A model generated the notes under the pieces. The model ran no database searches and was not told the DNA's origin. It was given only the letters and a program-made list of their open reading frames with translations. Both the position numbers and the translations under genes were made by a program. Shown here in pieces: positions 24,245-38,572 of a stretch of DNA of 64,000 bases (position 1 is the first letter of the stretch; each line of letters begins with the position of its first letter). Source of the DNA: Octopus vulgaris. Lineage: Eukaryota. The stretch spans positions 21,638,001 to 21,702,000 of the forward strand of contig OX597828.1 in assembly GCA_951406725.2 (NCBI GenBank), given 5' to 3'.

Positions 24245-25062
24245 TCTAAAGAAACCAGAAGCACCAGCACATAATCAGCTGTCACTTCTCCTGTAAGTCT
24301 TGCGGTCTTAGCCAAAGGTTTTCTTGACTGAAAAGGGTCAAAGCTTTATATGTTTCCACCCGCTGTGCTCTTAGTTCGAATCCTTCTAATGTCAACTTTG
24401 CTTTTCATCTACACAGGGTCGCTAAACAGAAAGCAACAATCTTGGACGAACGATAGATGGAACTGTGACAACGTCGCACATGATATGCTGTAATTGTATC
24501 GTTTATTTCTGTCCTGAGTTCAAATCCCATCTCAGCCTATATGGCTAGCAAACTTAACCTCTTCACTTGATACCTTGAACACGCTGAACGGAGCCAAACC
24601 AATTGAAAGCATTAGAGTAATGTTTTCGGTTGAAGAGGCCTTCGTCACTCTCTCGAGCTAAATTCAAAGTCATGCTGAAAAGTCGCGGATGTCTTAGTTC
24701 CCTGAAGTGTAAAAGATAACAGAAATATTATTTGGCTTCCTGTTAGCTTTAGTCAGTTTTTTTAAACTCAAATGGTTTACGGCCATACTGGAGCGATATT
24801 TAATGATGTTTCACAATCTTAGATCTTTTATAACATGTGCCTATTGTTAGAGTTAATTATAATATATACATCAAATATACGCATTCTATACAAACACACG
24901 TATAGCTATATACATACACACATACACATAGATACAACACACACACACACACATACACACACATATATATATACATACATATATATATACACACAATACA
25001 CAATATCTTAATATAATTGATATAGTACAATATAATGTAATATCTATGTACATATGTACATA

Positions 25063-25098
<36 letters not shown>

Positions 25099-25452
25099 CA
25101 TACATATACGTTTATAGACATACACACACACATATGTATATATATATGTATGTATTATATCGAATTAATGGTACAGGGGATGAACAGAAAAGACAAAAGC
25201 AGGCAGTCAACTAAAACAGGAGCCATTGTTACAAAGTTGTTTTTGTGAAATGGTTGGAGAATTGAAAAGACAATAAATAACTACAACAACAACAACAAAA
25301 GCAACAAAAATAAAAACAGCAACAAGAACAACAGCACCACCAACACCACCACCACCACCACCAGTAGCACCAGCAGCAACAACATTGAAAACAATAACGC
25401 TACCAACAACAATATCGTAATCCTTACTTTTAAAACCGCCATTAATATCAAT

Positions 25453-25454
<2 letters not shown>

Positions 25455-25505
<51 letters not shown>

Positions 25506-25540
25506 TAATAATAATAATTATAATAATAATAATAATGATG

Positions 25541-25610
<70 letters not shown>

Positions 25611-25620
25611 TAATAATAAT
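25455..25620. repeat. (AAT)n microsatellite
   Basis: Read directly from the sequence. Confidence 0.95.
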
Positions 25621-25841
25621 CATACAATAGGTACCAGTCAACCGTAACAATAACAACGTGTGTACGTGTTTGTGTATATATGTGCGTATATTTGTGTGTA
25701 TATATATTTGCATATTTGTATGTGTGTGTGTGTGTGTGCATGTGTGGATGTGTGTTCGCGTGTGAGCACCCACGGGCGTGTATATGTATGTGTGAGTACA
25801 TATTTAATTCTATCAATCTATTTATCTATCTATCTGTCATC

Positions 25842-25906
<65 letters not shown>

Positions 25907-25908
25907 AA

Positions 25909-25989
<81 letters not shown>

Positions 25990-26079
25990 ACTCTTTCTCT
26001 CTCTCTCTCTATCTATCTCCAATCTCTCCTTCTCCCATTCTATGAAGAGAGTGAGAGAAAGTGAGATAGAATGGGACTG

Positions 26080-26190
26080 ACTATGGCATAGTGGTCAAGG
26101 TATTGTGCATGTGATCATAAGTTCTTGGGTTCGATTCAAGTGGTGCCAATACAATATGTCTTTCAATAAATCAGTTCATTTTTACTTTCG
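26080..26190 (+). mobile_element. Decayed tRNA-SINE head (family C/D-like)
   Basis: TGGCATAGTGGTCAAGG A-box and GGGTTCGATTC B-box. Confidence 0.5.
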
Positions 26191-26572
26191 TGTATTCCTT
26201 TACAACAACAATAAGTGCAACATCAACATGCATATTTGCAATCCGTTTCCGAGGCAACAAGGCTACAGAAATTTCTTCCTCAAATCGTAATACTTTAGAA
26301 TAGATTACGTAATGTCGTAAAAAACCTACTCCAGCCCAAGATGGTCACAGTTGTGAAGCCTTTGATCAGAGAAATGCTGGAATAGGGTAATAGGAATAAA
26401 CAGCATGAGCATCAAGACCAGCAACAACCAAACTCAAGGAAACTAGAGAAGTACGACCGCAGCTAATCAACAATTGCCAGGAAATATCGCACGCCTTTAC
26501 AGAAATTAACTCTTTCTTTCGACTTTTCACTCTCTCTTTATATATTCATCTATCTACATATGTAAATTCGTA

Positions 26573-26649
<77 letters not shown>

Positions 26650-26705
26650 GAATTCGTAATTGATCAAGCTGACGTACTCATGTATATACATACATACGTA
26701 GATAC

Positions 26706-26755
<50 letters not shown>

Positions 26756-26790
26756 TATACATATATATACATACATACATATACATATAA

Positions 26791-26831
<41 letters not shown>

Positions 26832-27414
26832 TAATGCCTTTAAACTACAGGGATTTCATTGAAATTTCATTTGAAATCATTCTAAACAATAGAATAGAAA
26901 ATATTTCAGAAATCAGGAATACAATTGTTTCGATATTTCAGATTCGCCATCTTATCTTTTTAATCCCTCTAAACTTTCGACAATACTGTTAACAGAACAG
27001 ACGGCGGCGTTTTACACTAAGCACAAACACGTCAACAAGGATGCACACAGGCACACACGCACACAAACGCACAGATACACACACATACACACACGCGCGC
27101 GCGCGCGCACACAGCGGAAACGTAGAAAACAATGACGACAGAAAACCTTAAGTAAAACTCTGTACAAGTAAACAGTTAAATATAATATGAATTGACAAAG
27201 TAAAAATATGAAATGATACGAGTGTATGTGTGGTGTCTATTTATATATATATACATGTATACATACATATATACATATATACATACATACATACAAACAA
27301 ACATGTATACAAACATTGTGTGTGTGTGTGTATATATATATGTATATATATACATATATATATATATATATACATAAGCATATATATACACGTAAACATA
27401 TACGTATACATAAA

Positions 27415-27450
<36 letters not shown>

Positions 27451-27853
27451 TATATATATATGTATATATATGTACACACACACACATATAATTGCATTAA
27501 GTTGTGCATAAACATACAGCCGAAAACAGGCAATCACACATACATTCAGGCATGTATATATCCATATATATATATATATACATACATACAGAAATTATTT
27601 TGTATGGTATATCTGCATAATATTACTTGGGTGTACATTCATACATATACATAATTAGCCTCTGTATATATATCTATATACATACATAGATATATATGCA
27701 AATACCTACTTATATACATATGATGAAGAATGTGTATATATATGTGCTTATATTATGTAAATAATATATGTGAGCACAACACCCACCCACACATAGATAT
27801 CTATATACATACATACACACACAAGCACACACACACGTATACATATTTATGCC

Positions 27854-27885
<32 letters not shown>

Positions 27886-28179
27886 TATATATATCGAAAT
27901 ATATAGACACGCTCAGATATAAATATGTATTGATTTATATTTGTGTGTATAGGCTATCACATACACATGCACGTGTGCACATACAAACATAAACACACAC
28001 CTACGCGCGCGTATAAATATTTACTTATATATATATATATATCAATCGGTTCCTTCATCAAACCTCATAACCACAAGTATACAGACATACATTTAAAAGA
28101 AAAATAAACTGACATTTATATCAATAGACTTTCAGAAATATCGATAAGTAGCTATTTATATGCGTCCCTTTCATATATA

Positions 28180-28234
<55 letters not shown>

Positions 28235-28770
28235 ATGTATGTATGTATGTATGTATGTATGTATGTATGTATGTATGTATGTATGTATTCGCGTACCTTT
28301 TCATTAACGTAGACGTACACACGTATATACGCACATATACTTAAATCGTGTATCAGCTTATCAAAACGTCATATTTGTTTCCCACTGACACGTTATCTTT
28401 CAGCATACGTGTGTGTGTTTACGTGTGTTGTTTGTGTGTGTGTGTGTTTGTTTGTTGTGTGTGTGTGTGTGTATGTAGTTCAACCCCCATAAATATACGC
28501 GGCTTTAGATAATATGTTTGAAGCACAAACCTATGAATACGTATTTTTCTACAGAAATACACCTAAATTCACGAACGTGTTTTTGCGCTTTACTAACATC
28601 TTTATACACATATGCGCACTCACGCATAAACACAAACAAAGAAACATCCAAACAAACACTCACACATGAAGACATATATACACGTACCCGCACACACGCG
28701 CCCACACGTTCTCATTCTCAGAAGTATATACTGTACATGCATATATATATATATATATATATACACACAA

Positions 28771-28831
<61 letters not shown>

Positions 28832-28849
28832 CATACATATCTATATATC

Positions 28850-28893
<44 letters not shown>

Positions 28894-28912
28894 TATATAT
28901 AGATATGTTTGC

Positions 28913-28954
<42 letters not shown>

Positions 28955-29125
28955 TACATCTATGTAGACAATCATATCTATACCTACACATACATACGCT
29001 TATACCCACGCACACAGACACACACACACGAAGACACACATGCACGTACACGCATACACACGCACACGCATTCTCGTCCTTGGATGTATATACTGTACAT
29101 GAATATTTATATATGTATATGTTTG

Positions 29126-29164
<39 letters not shown>

Positions 29165-29904
29165 CATCTATGAAGACATACATATATATATAAAGCTACA
29201 CATACATACGTTCAAACGCACGCACACAATCACACACACACATACATACATATATATATATATACTTCTACACGTGCATGCATACACGCTCCGTATTTAT
29301 AAGTGCTAAACGAGCAGCAGCTTATGCAATAGCGACACCCATCGATCTAAATGTCCAACTTCGAATATGTTAATTGATGAATCTCTTCAGTCGAAAGCTG
29401 TCAATATCTTTGATGTTGTATTTGTGTACAGTTTTGCACTCAATCACTTGGACAACCGACATCCTTTATCTCAAGTGGTTAAAACAATAGAAATCCTACT
29501 TACTTCGAAAGAAGCATATTGACTACATCGTCAATCCCTTGAAATAGCCACGCGTCGTATATACCCCGCTCTCACCTCAATAATAATAATAATAATAGTA
29601 ATAATAATAAAACGATACAATGAAACATAAAAATACCAGAAAGCTGTTCTCTACCTGTGTAATAATCTACACCGCCCTCACTAATATCGCGTTTTTGAAA
29701 GAGAAAAAAAAAATTACCCCGTAAAAGCTAAAACAGCAAAGAATTTCAGAAAAAAACAGCGACGTATAAGATGAAAACGCGTTGCAATCAATATATTATG
29801 AGTTCAAAGTGATTTGATGTTTAGACGCTCAAAGCCACACGTTTAAGCACGTATATACGCTCATACATACATACATACATACATACATACATACATACAT
29901 ACAT

Positions 29905-29979
<75 letters not shown>

Positions 29980-30236
29980 GCGTGTATGTCTGTATATTCG
30001 TGTGTGTGTATATGTGTTTATATGCATATGTAGGTGTTAAAAATACGGAAGGAAAAAACGGCAGTAAACATGTTCGTAGTCGTTACCATTTATTTTAGCG
30101 TGTTAATGATCAAACGTAGTTTACTAAATTTTTTCTGCCTGTGAAACCTGAAGTATTGCAATCCGAGGTGGAAAGTTAAGGAATACATTCACGTATCTAT
30201 GCACCTATGCCTATACAGAAACAAATACCCATAAAA

Positions 30237-30350
<114 letters not shown>

Positions 30351-30498
30351 GTATCAGGCAATCTGTCTATCTGTCTATACTTACATCCACATGAATAAGA
30401 GATAAAAAAAACTTGCATATATATGTGTATGACTACGTACACACACACACACACACGTATGTACGTATGTATTTATGTATGTATGTATGTATATGTAT

Positions 30499-31343
30499 AG
30501 GCGCAGGAGTGGCTGTGTGGTAAGTAGCTTGCTTACCCATGAGTCTCTGTTGTCAGTGTGCGCATGTGTCGTTGAGTTGTGCTCTGAAGAATATAGCCGG
30601 CAGTGTTTAGCCCGCCAAAAGAAGCTGCTCCAAGGTAATCCTTTGTCTCTTGGGCCCAGTGGAGATCGTTGTCTGTGCTTATATTTTTTAGAAACAAGAG
30701 TCCTCACTGGATTCAGGATGTTGGTCTGCTTGCGGTTCAGCAATATGGTTTATATTAAATGAATTTTTTTTCTCATTGTGAGAAGTACAGTTTGGTGGGC
30801 GTATCCTTCAACCAAAAGTTGTTCACTTCTTAACAGTGTATGTTTTTACAACATTTACCATTATTGGAAAGCTGTATTTCAAGTGTTCATATGATTTTTC
30901 TCATTGTGAGAAATACAGTTTGGTGACGTACCCTGCCACCAAAAGTCGTTCGCTGTTTGTAAATAGTGTGCATTTTTACAACTACGTTGGAAAGCTGTAT
31001 TTCAAGTTGAGCAGTTCAGGTTCTAACTGGAGTACCATAGGGCTTGGAGTACCTGAATGCCCAGAAGATTTTTTTGCTGTGTTTCTTTGAACTGTTGTAT
31101 TCTTCTCTTGTGACTTTTTTTATTGAACTATTTGCTTTTTTGTTCTTCCCTTTTTGTTTTCCTTTGAATTCTCTCTTTCCTTTTTTTGTGAACTATTGTT
31201 TCGTGCCTTTATGACAAAATGGTTCCGGGTTCGTTCACTTGGGGAAGTGTCTTCTACTATAGCCTCGGGCCGACCAAAGCCTTTTGAGTGGATTTGGTAG
31301 GCAGAAAAAGAAAGAAGCCTGTCGTATATATGTATATATATAT

Positions 31344-31409
<66 letters not shown>

Positions 31410-31414
31410 ATATA

Positions 31415-31466
<52 letters not shown>

Positions 31467-31505
31467 ATGTGTATGTATGTATATATATATGTATATATAT
31501 GTATA

Positions 31506-31550
<45 letters not shown>

Positions 31551-31790
31551 ACATATATGTGTGTGTGTTTGTGTACATGTTTGTGTGTCTGTGTTAGTCC
31601 CCCCTCCCCAGCATCGCTTCACAACCGATGGTAGTGTGTTTTCGTCCCCGTCACGATTCGGCAAAAGAGACCGATAGAATAAGTACTAGGCTTACAAAGA
31701 ATAAGTCCTGGCATCGATTTGCTCGATGAAGGCTGTGCTCCAGCATGGCCGCAGTCAAATGACTGAAACAAGTAAAAGAGAGTAATAGAG
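30499..31790 (+). mobile_element. SINE family A split by a ~680-bp insertion, with a greatly expanded internal microsatellite
   Basis: Head at 30499-30539; the body resumes at 31219 (ATGGTTCCGGGTTC); tail TGACTGAAACAAGTAAAAGAG near 31780. Confidence 0.88.
30541..31215 (-). mobile_element. Insertion in the SINE head, possibly a Penelope-like 3' end
   Basis: Minus-strand KIFWAFRYSKPYG resembles the PLE C-terminal FWIxxLxTxxPxG motif. Contains a ~115-bp tandem repeat (30767-30884 and 30895-31007). Confidence 0.4.
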
Positions 31791-31804
31791 AGTGTGTGTG
31801 TGTA

Positions 31805-32420
31805 CACTGGTAGAGTCGTAACAAGGTTGGGCAAAATACCTCGCAACATAGTTACGAAGCTTTACATTCCAAGTTCAAATCTCACCGATATCGATTTTAC
31901 CTTATAATAGCATACCAACTAAGCATTAAGCTCGAAGGCTATTGACTAACGCGCCCCCATCCGAAAGTATTGCCGTCTAAAGAAAAAAACAAAACAAAAC
32001 GACGTATTATATTTTTAAGAAGATGGCAAAGCGGTTGAACTGTCGGGACATCGGATAAAATGTTTTCTTTTCTTTTCTTTTATTTGGTTCTTTATGTTCA
32101 GAGATTAAATCTCACTGAGGTCAGCTTTGCATTCATCCTTTCGATGTCGGTACAAAAGAGTATCAGGTCTACTTAATGAGGTTTTTCCCATCAGCCTCTC
32201 CCCGCACACTGAAAACTACGTCGTCTTCTGCCTAAATTAAGGACAGGGAAATGACAGAATCTTTTAAGCATCGGACATGCCTTATGGTTTTAAAATCAAT
32301 CCTGACGAGTTTAACTTTGCTTTTCCTCCTCTCAGGGGGCGAAAAAATAAAGCACCGGTCACATACTTGGGTCGATGGCATCGACTTTTGTCTCTCACCT
32401 CTGAAGAATTAGAAACCATT
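31805..32420 (+). mobile_element. Cluster of old family B SINE fragments
   Basis: Three degenerate cores (AGTTCAAATCTCACCGA, CTTTGCATTCATCCTTTCG, CTTTGCTTTTCCTCCTCTCAGGGG). Confidence 0.6.
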
Positions 32421-33288
32421 ATTTAACCAAAATGTGTTGAGAACAATAATATATATATTTTAAACTGCTGGGTCAGACCCGATTGAAATTTGTCTGCTAT
32501 AATTAGCAGGTATGTTTTAGACAGTGTGGAGTGAACTTAGCGACAGTTGTCTGACCTTTCTTGCAGGACAAACAAGAACGAATAGTTTGATTTTCTTTTT
32601 CTTTTGCTCCTAGTCTGTTCATATCCAACTGCTCTTTGATGAAACGTATTCTAAGCCATGTTGATTGGACTTTTCATTCATGTATCATATAACAACTATC
32701 ATGTCACGGACCACAGTCAGTATTTTTTTACGACAGTATTTAATTTAAAAGAGATCTTGCTGTTATTTCTTGCATACTTTGATGCCACATCGATGTCCCT
32801 TCATTTACAAGATGGCTAAATTGTTGCTTAAGTAATTCTTCAGTTTTTAAACGTGATACAATTCTGTCTATCGTTAGCTATCTTCTCTCAGGGGACATAA
32901 CTCTTTTACCTAACCAACTTGAGATGTAACAGTGATTATTAGTGTGGTCAGTAGTTTCCCCTTGGGGAGCTTTGTGAACATGCAAAAGGTCGTCAAATAC
33001 TGAGTGGATGCTTTGGTGCCTCTTGGTATTTGGAAGGATCGATGATTTTCCTAGAAAAATCAGTTACAATGATTATATCATAAATACATTTTCAACAAGA
33101 AAATAGCAGCAAGCTTGCGTGATAATGGCGTCATGCAGTTATATTACCTGTTTTATTCTTGTCTTCCGTTTTATTTTGACATGCGCATTGTGTTTTTATT
33201 CTACTTTTCCGTTTATGAATTCAGCGTGCACATGCGCATTGAGTGTTCATACTTCTATTTCCGGTCCCTACTCAGAACTGTTTACAGA

Positions 33289-33347
33289 TCACAACCATCT
33301 CACGAACCTAAGTTAGTGAGGAGCGCTTTGCGCTCCGATGGTTGTGA
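33289..33347. other. T-shaped three-way-junction hairpin
   Basis: P1 TCACAACCATC/GATGGTTGTGA (11 bp, perfect); P2 TCACGAAC/GTTAGTGA (7 of 8 pairs); P3 GGAGCGC/GCGCTCC (7 bp, perfect); no unpaired junction bases. Confidence 0.8.
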
Positions 33348-33404
33348 AGAAGGCATTTAAACCGAATTAACGTATATCAGACATTGTGCTATTAGTGCGT
33401 CTGG

Positions 33405-33606
33405 GCGGGCTGGCAGAAGAATAAGCGAGTTGGACAAAATATTTTGCAGGGTTTCTTCCTTCTTCTTACATGCATTCTGGGTTCAAATTCCGCCGTTGTC
33501 GACTTTGTTTTTTCGATAAAATACGTACCAGGTCAACACTGGGCCCAATGTAGTCACCTTAGCCACTTCTTTCAGAATAGCTGATTTTGTGTCAAAATTT
33601 AAATCA
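33405..33606 (+). mobile_element. SINE family B, diverged
   Basis: GGCGGGCTGGCAGAA head, TTCTGGGTTCAAATTCCGCCGTTGTCGACTTTG. Confidence 0.75.
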
Positions 33607-35058
33607 TCTAGAAGTAATCATTGTTAGATTATGAATAGTAAAACTGTTGGTCTATGAATAACTAACTTGTATTTAATTAAAGTAATTGCGGTAAAAGTTT
33701 AACTTACGCCGCTTAAAATACGCAAATATCTAAACAGAGTGATACGGTGGACGCGGAAGTTTAAGAAAATATGTATAATTAAACACTGTTATGGCAAATT
33801 AACTTCTATTTAATTAGAATGATCTTCTGATTACTTGGTGTTTCGCTTTTGGAAACCATTCGATGATGGCTTTTCTATGAAGGGAAAATTAGGGAACTAT
33901 TTATTGTAGCTATCGATGGTGAGAAGATTTTCATCGTTACAGAACTGCATGAGTGCTTTAAACAACACTTAAGCCATCTAGAAAATGATGTGTCCGAGTG
34001 TGTGTTTGTGTGTGTATGTGCGTGTGCGTGCGTGCGTGTGAGTGCGCGTGTTCGTCATACTATATGCAAGAAATTTAAGACCGAACTCTTTCACGTGTAT
34101 ATGATTAATCACGTTTATGAATAACTAACTTGTCTTTAATTAAAATAATCTATTGACTTTTTCAGGTTTCATTTTTGTAAAAATAGAACAAAAAAATATC
34201 AAATGAGTCGTTTGTAAACCCTTTCAATGAAAGGCAAAAGCGTTGCACCATCAAAGTTTAACGCAAGCAGCAAATACCTTTGCTGATAATCTATCCACCG
34301 AACGTTTAACACGTTCATACATATTACGTACTGAACACTACATCATCGAAATATATTCAAATATTATTTCCCAAGTCACTGCACATAATCAACAAAGATA
34401 GTTAAGTGAGTTTGACAGAAGTAATGCTATGAAATTGCCGTGTCGTTGACAGGAGACGAACGCATTGTCGACCTCTTTCCAGTTGATTTCTTGTTCAGAA
34501 CACTCTCCACCCGACCATCACCGATATAACCGCTGGCTATTGTTACTTCTTGCAAGATTTTGATTGCAAAGACCGGTTTCACATATTAATCTAATATAAT
34601 CACAAGTCGAATAAAATTTCATCAAAAGTTACTATATATCCACTTTATTTAATAAGTTAATCAACATTTATCTTTCAAGTTTCACCGGAAAAATCAAATC
34701 AAAACTTGCTTCAAGGAATCAGCAAGGAATAAGCAAGGTTTTAATGGACTCTTGTCAAGAGATTTTAATACATTTTCCGCAGAAACTTTGCTTTATAACA
34801 CACACGCACACATATATACCCTTTTCTTTCATAATGACACTTATTCGTAAAGACAAATAGATTATATATATATACACATATACATATATATATATATGTA
34901 TAATTGTGTAGGTATATGCATATGTATATCTATGTATAAATTGTATACGTACGTATATGAATGCACGTGTATATACGTACAAAAATACGTAATACACACA
35001 TGCACCTCGATATAAAGAGAAATGAGCACATAAACATATTTATACACAGGCACACACT

Positions 35059-35122
<64 letters not shown>

Positions 35123-35134
35123 AATACACACACA

Positions 35135-35176
<42 letters not shown>

Positions 35177-35529
35177 TATGGTTATATTTGCATATGCGTT
35201 TATGTATGTATGTATGTATGTATGTATGTATGATATATCTGTTTAGGGTTGAACATACTTAACAATACAACTATATATATATATATATATATATATATGT
35301 CTGCTTGTACATATGTTTGTGTTTGTATATATGTATACATATCTACACGCTTTCATGTCCATATACAATTTTGCTACGAGAGTTATTCAAGTTTTTCTTC
35401 GCAGTACTGAAGTCGATTACTGACAAAACTACCATGTTTTGTAGAATTGGGAAATTCGATTCGCTTCCTAAGCTCACCAGAATTTCTGTTGATAGTATCA
35501 CACTCTGCCATCCCTGCTATTCTTGTTCA

Positions 35530-35705
35530 ATGCCTTGCGGTCATGCTAGAGCACCACCCTGAAGGCGCAATCGAACAAACCGACTTTCTTTATTTTGTTG
35601 TCTGGGACTTATTTTATTGGATTCTTTTGCTGAACCGACAAGTGACAGGGACATAAAAAAACCAACACCAGTGGACGATATGTGTTAGTGGCAGACACAA
35701 ATACA
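35530..35705 (-). mobile_element. SINE family A 3' fragment, diverged
   Basis: GCGGTCATGCTAGAGCACCACC...TTTTGCTGAACCGACAAGTGACAGGGAC. Confidence 0.65.
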
Positions 35706-36004
35706 CTGATACTTACATACCGCCATCCATCCACCCATCCACCATTATTGTTGTTTTGATTTCGAATGTTTGTGTTGTTGTTGCTGTTATAGTTGTTTGT
35801 GTAGGGTATCATTGTTGTCATTGTTATTGTGCCATAACAACAGCAACCATAACAACAACCACAACGATAGTAACACCAGTAGCACCATATACTCTGTCTT
35901 CTATAACACCAACAAAATACATAACGAGGATCTACCCCACAAACTTAACCTTCAACAAAAGGGTATGTATCCCCCCACAGATTGACTGTGAAATAGAATT
36001 AAAT

Positions 36005-36595
36005 ATAATGAATCGAGTGGTACCTGCCGTAGATATAGAAGTAAAGACTGGAATAGCATACAAAGAGTTTGTGTCAAATCAAACAGAGTGAACATGTGGT
36101 ACAAGACCGACAAATATCAAGGAGTTATGATTGTAGAGGTCACAGCCCATGAGGAACTAGCCCGAAGATTTAGGAAAGCTGTGAACGGGGTCATACTCAA
36201 AATTAAGATCCTTGAAAAGCCAGGGAACTTCATCAGATCACAATTATGTAGGACGTGCCCCTTTGAGTATACCACATGCACCAATGTACGATTTCCCTGG
36301 GATTAACTGTAGAATTAGAAATGTAGTCTACGGCATAAGGTGCATAGAGGGTACTTGTGAAGACAAGAACGTGATATACATAGGTGAGACATATAGAAGC
36401 ATTGCAAACACACTAAATGACAATTTGAAACAATATGACAACAAAAATAGTCTTCCATACTCTACCAACATGGGGGTACGCTAGGTCAACTGATATCCAC
36501 GTTTCATCCAAGCACCCGAAGGACCCAACACTCAGACAAATACAGGAGTACGTCCTCATAAATGAATCCCCCCCCAGTACTAAATAGGAAATATA
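36005..36595 (+). mobile_element. Penelope-like element fragment (linker plus GIY-YIG endonuclease), pseudogenised
   Basis: YRSKDWN...WYKTDKYQGVMIVEVTAHEELARRF...KIKILEKPG...CPF; after a frameshift CRIRNVVYGIRC...IYIGETYRSI; later DPTLRQIQEYVLINE. Confidence 0.85.
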
Positions 36596-36721
36596 CCTAG
36601 AAGGTAGTCATACATCAGTACCCACAGTTTAGGTATACACTGGTAGAGTGTTATGTAGGCGTGCATACACACACACACACACACACACACATACATACAT
36701 ACAGACATACATACATGCATA

Positions 36722-36802
<81 letters not shown>

Positions 36803-36849
36803 ATATATGTATATATATATATATATATATACATACATACATACATACA

Positions 36850-36882
<33 letters not shown>

Positions 36883-37023
36883 CCCTCAACCAAATTCACT
36901 CACAAGGCTTTAATCAGCTCGATATTATAGTTGAAAACACTTGCCCAGTGTGCGACGCCGTAGCACTGAACCTGAAACCATGTGGTTGTGAGGCAAAGTT
37001 CTTACCATACAGCCACGTCTGCG
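36883..37023 (-). mobile_element. SINE family A head half, diverged
   Basis: CCAAATTCACTCACAAGGCTTT...ACCATACAGCCACGTCTGCGC. Confidence 0.75.
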
Positions 37024-37057
37024 CTAATTTTGTTGCTTGAAGAATGAGAACACAACG

Positions 37058-37225
37058 TAAGAATTAATGGAAAGCAACCTTGAAACAAGGCGATAGTTTT
37101 AGATATTTGGGAACCATTATTAGAGCTGATGGGAAAAAAGATCAAAGAAATTAAGTCAAAGATTGAACAGGCCAAGCCTGCTTACGGTGAGATCAAACAT
37201 ATATCGTCTAATAAACGTATTTATG
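37058..37225 (+). mobile_element. RTE-clade LINE RT C-terminal fragment
   Basis: With frameshifts: INGKQ...QGDSFRYLGTIIRADG...KEIKSKIEQAKPAYGEIKHISSNKRI, matching the RTE FKYLG...EIxxRIxxAK motif. Confidence 0.7.
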
Positions 37226-37315
37226 CGAATCTTGGTGTTGCTGCGTTCCTCTATATGTATATGTCTATGTTCACGTTTTGTCTTTGTGTCAATGTTCGTG
37301 TGTTGAGTGTTGAGC

Positions 37316-37369
<54 letters not shown>

Positions 37370-37900
37370 GTGTGTGTGTGTGTGTGTGTGTGAGGTTGCT
37401 GTATATAATCAACATTATATCAAACAAGGTTGATTGAATCTGTGACATTATTCTGTGCTGAACAAATATACAGATATGACAGTAGAAGATGGCGGAACCG
37501 GTACAAAGACACACGGCATCTTTTCACTAAATTTCTTTCTCGAGGTTTTATAACTTATATACATACACACATAAATATTTACATAGATAAATAAATAAAT
37601 AAATACATACATTAAAAGATACACACATATAAACATACATGAATAGATACGTAGATAATACGTAAATTTACACATACATACAAACATACATATGTTCATA
37701 CCTACCTACCTACCTACCTACCTACATACCTACCTACCTACCAACATACATACATACGTACATATATGCATACATATATACATACATACGTAATACATAC
37801 ATCTACATACATATACACACATATACATACGTATATACATGCATACATACCTACATACACATATATATATATATAAACATATATAAACACACACACACAC

Positions 37901-37932
<32 letters not shown>

Positions 37933-38246
37933 TTATATATATACATATGTACCTTCATACACATACTTTCATACATACATACATACATACATACATACAT
38001 ACATACATACATACATAGATGCATTCATAAATGCATACATACATATATATATACATACATACAACCAAACAGTAGTTATACAATCATTCTGAAGCGTTGC
38101 TCGAAAAATTCTTAAATGTAATCATATAAATATTTTCCATCACTTTATTTTATTTTATTTCATTTCATTTCCTCGAAATATTTCAAGACTTCCTGTACTT
38201 GCATATGAATAAACTAAAGAACAATTCCTTTAATTCTTCAGATGAG

Positions 38247-38247
<1 letters not shown>

Positions 38248-38338
<91 letters not shown>

Positions 38339-38348
38339 TAATAATAAC

Positions 38349-38431
<83 letters not shown>

Positions 38432-38433
38432 TG

Positions 38434-38476
<43 letters not shown>

Positions 38477-38491
38477 TTATTATTATTATTA

Positions 38492-38570
<79 letters not shown>
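38248..38570. repeat. (AAT)n switching to (ATT)n (inverted microsatellite)
   Basis: Read directly from the sequence; the switch is near 38476. Confidence 0.95.

Positions 38571-38572
<2 letters not shown>

Noticed and set aside
32510-32566. Apparent 57-nt mini-intron (CAG|GTATGT...CTGAC...TTGCAG)
   Set aside because: The flanks have no sustained reading frame and overlap old repeat sequence, so it is likely chance.
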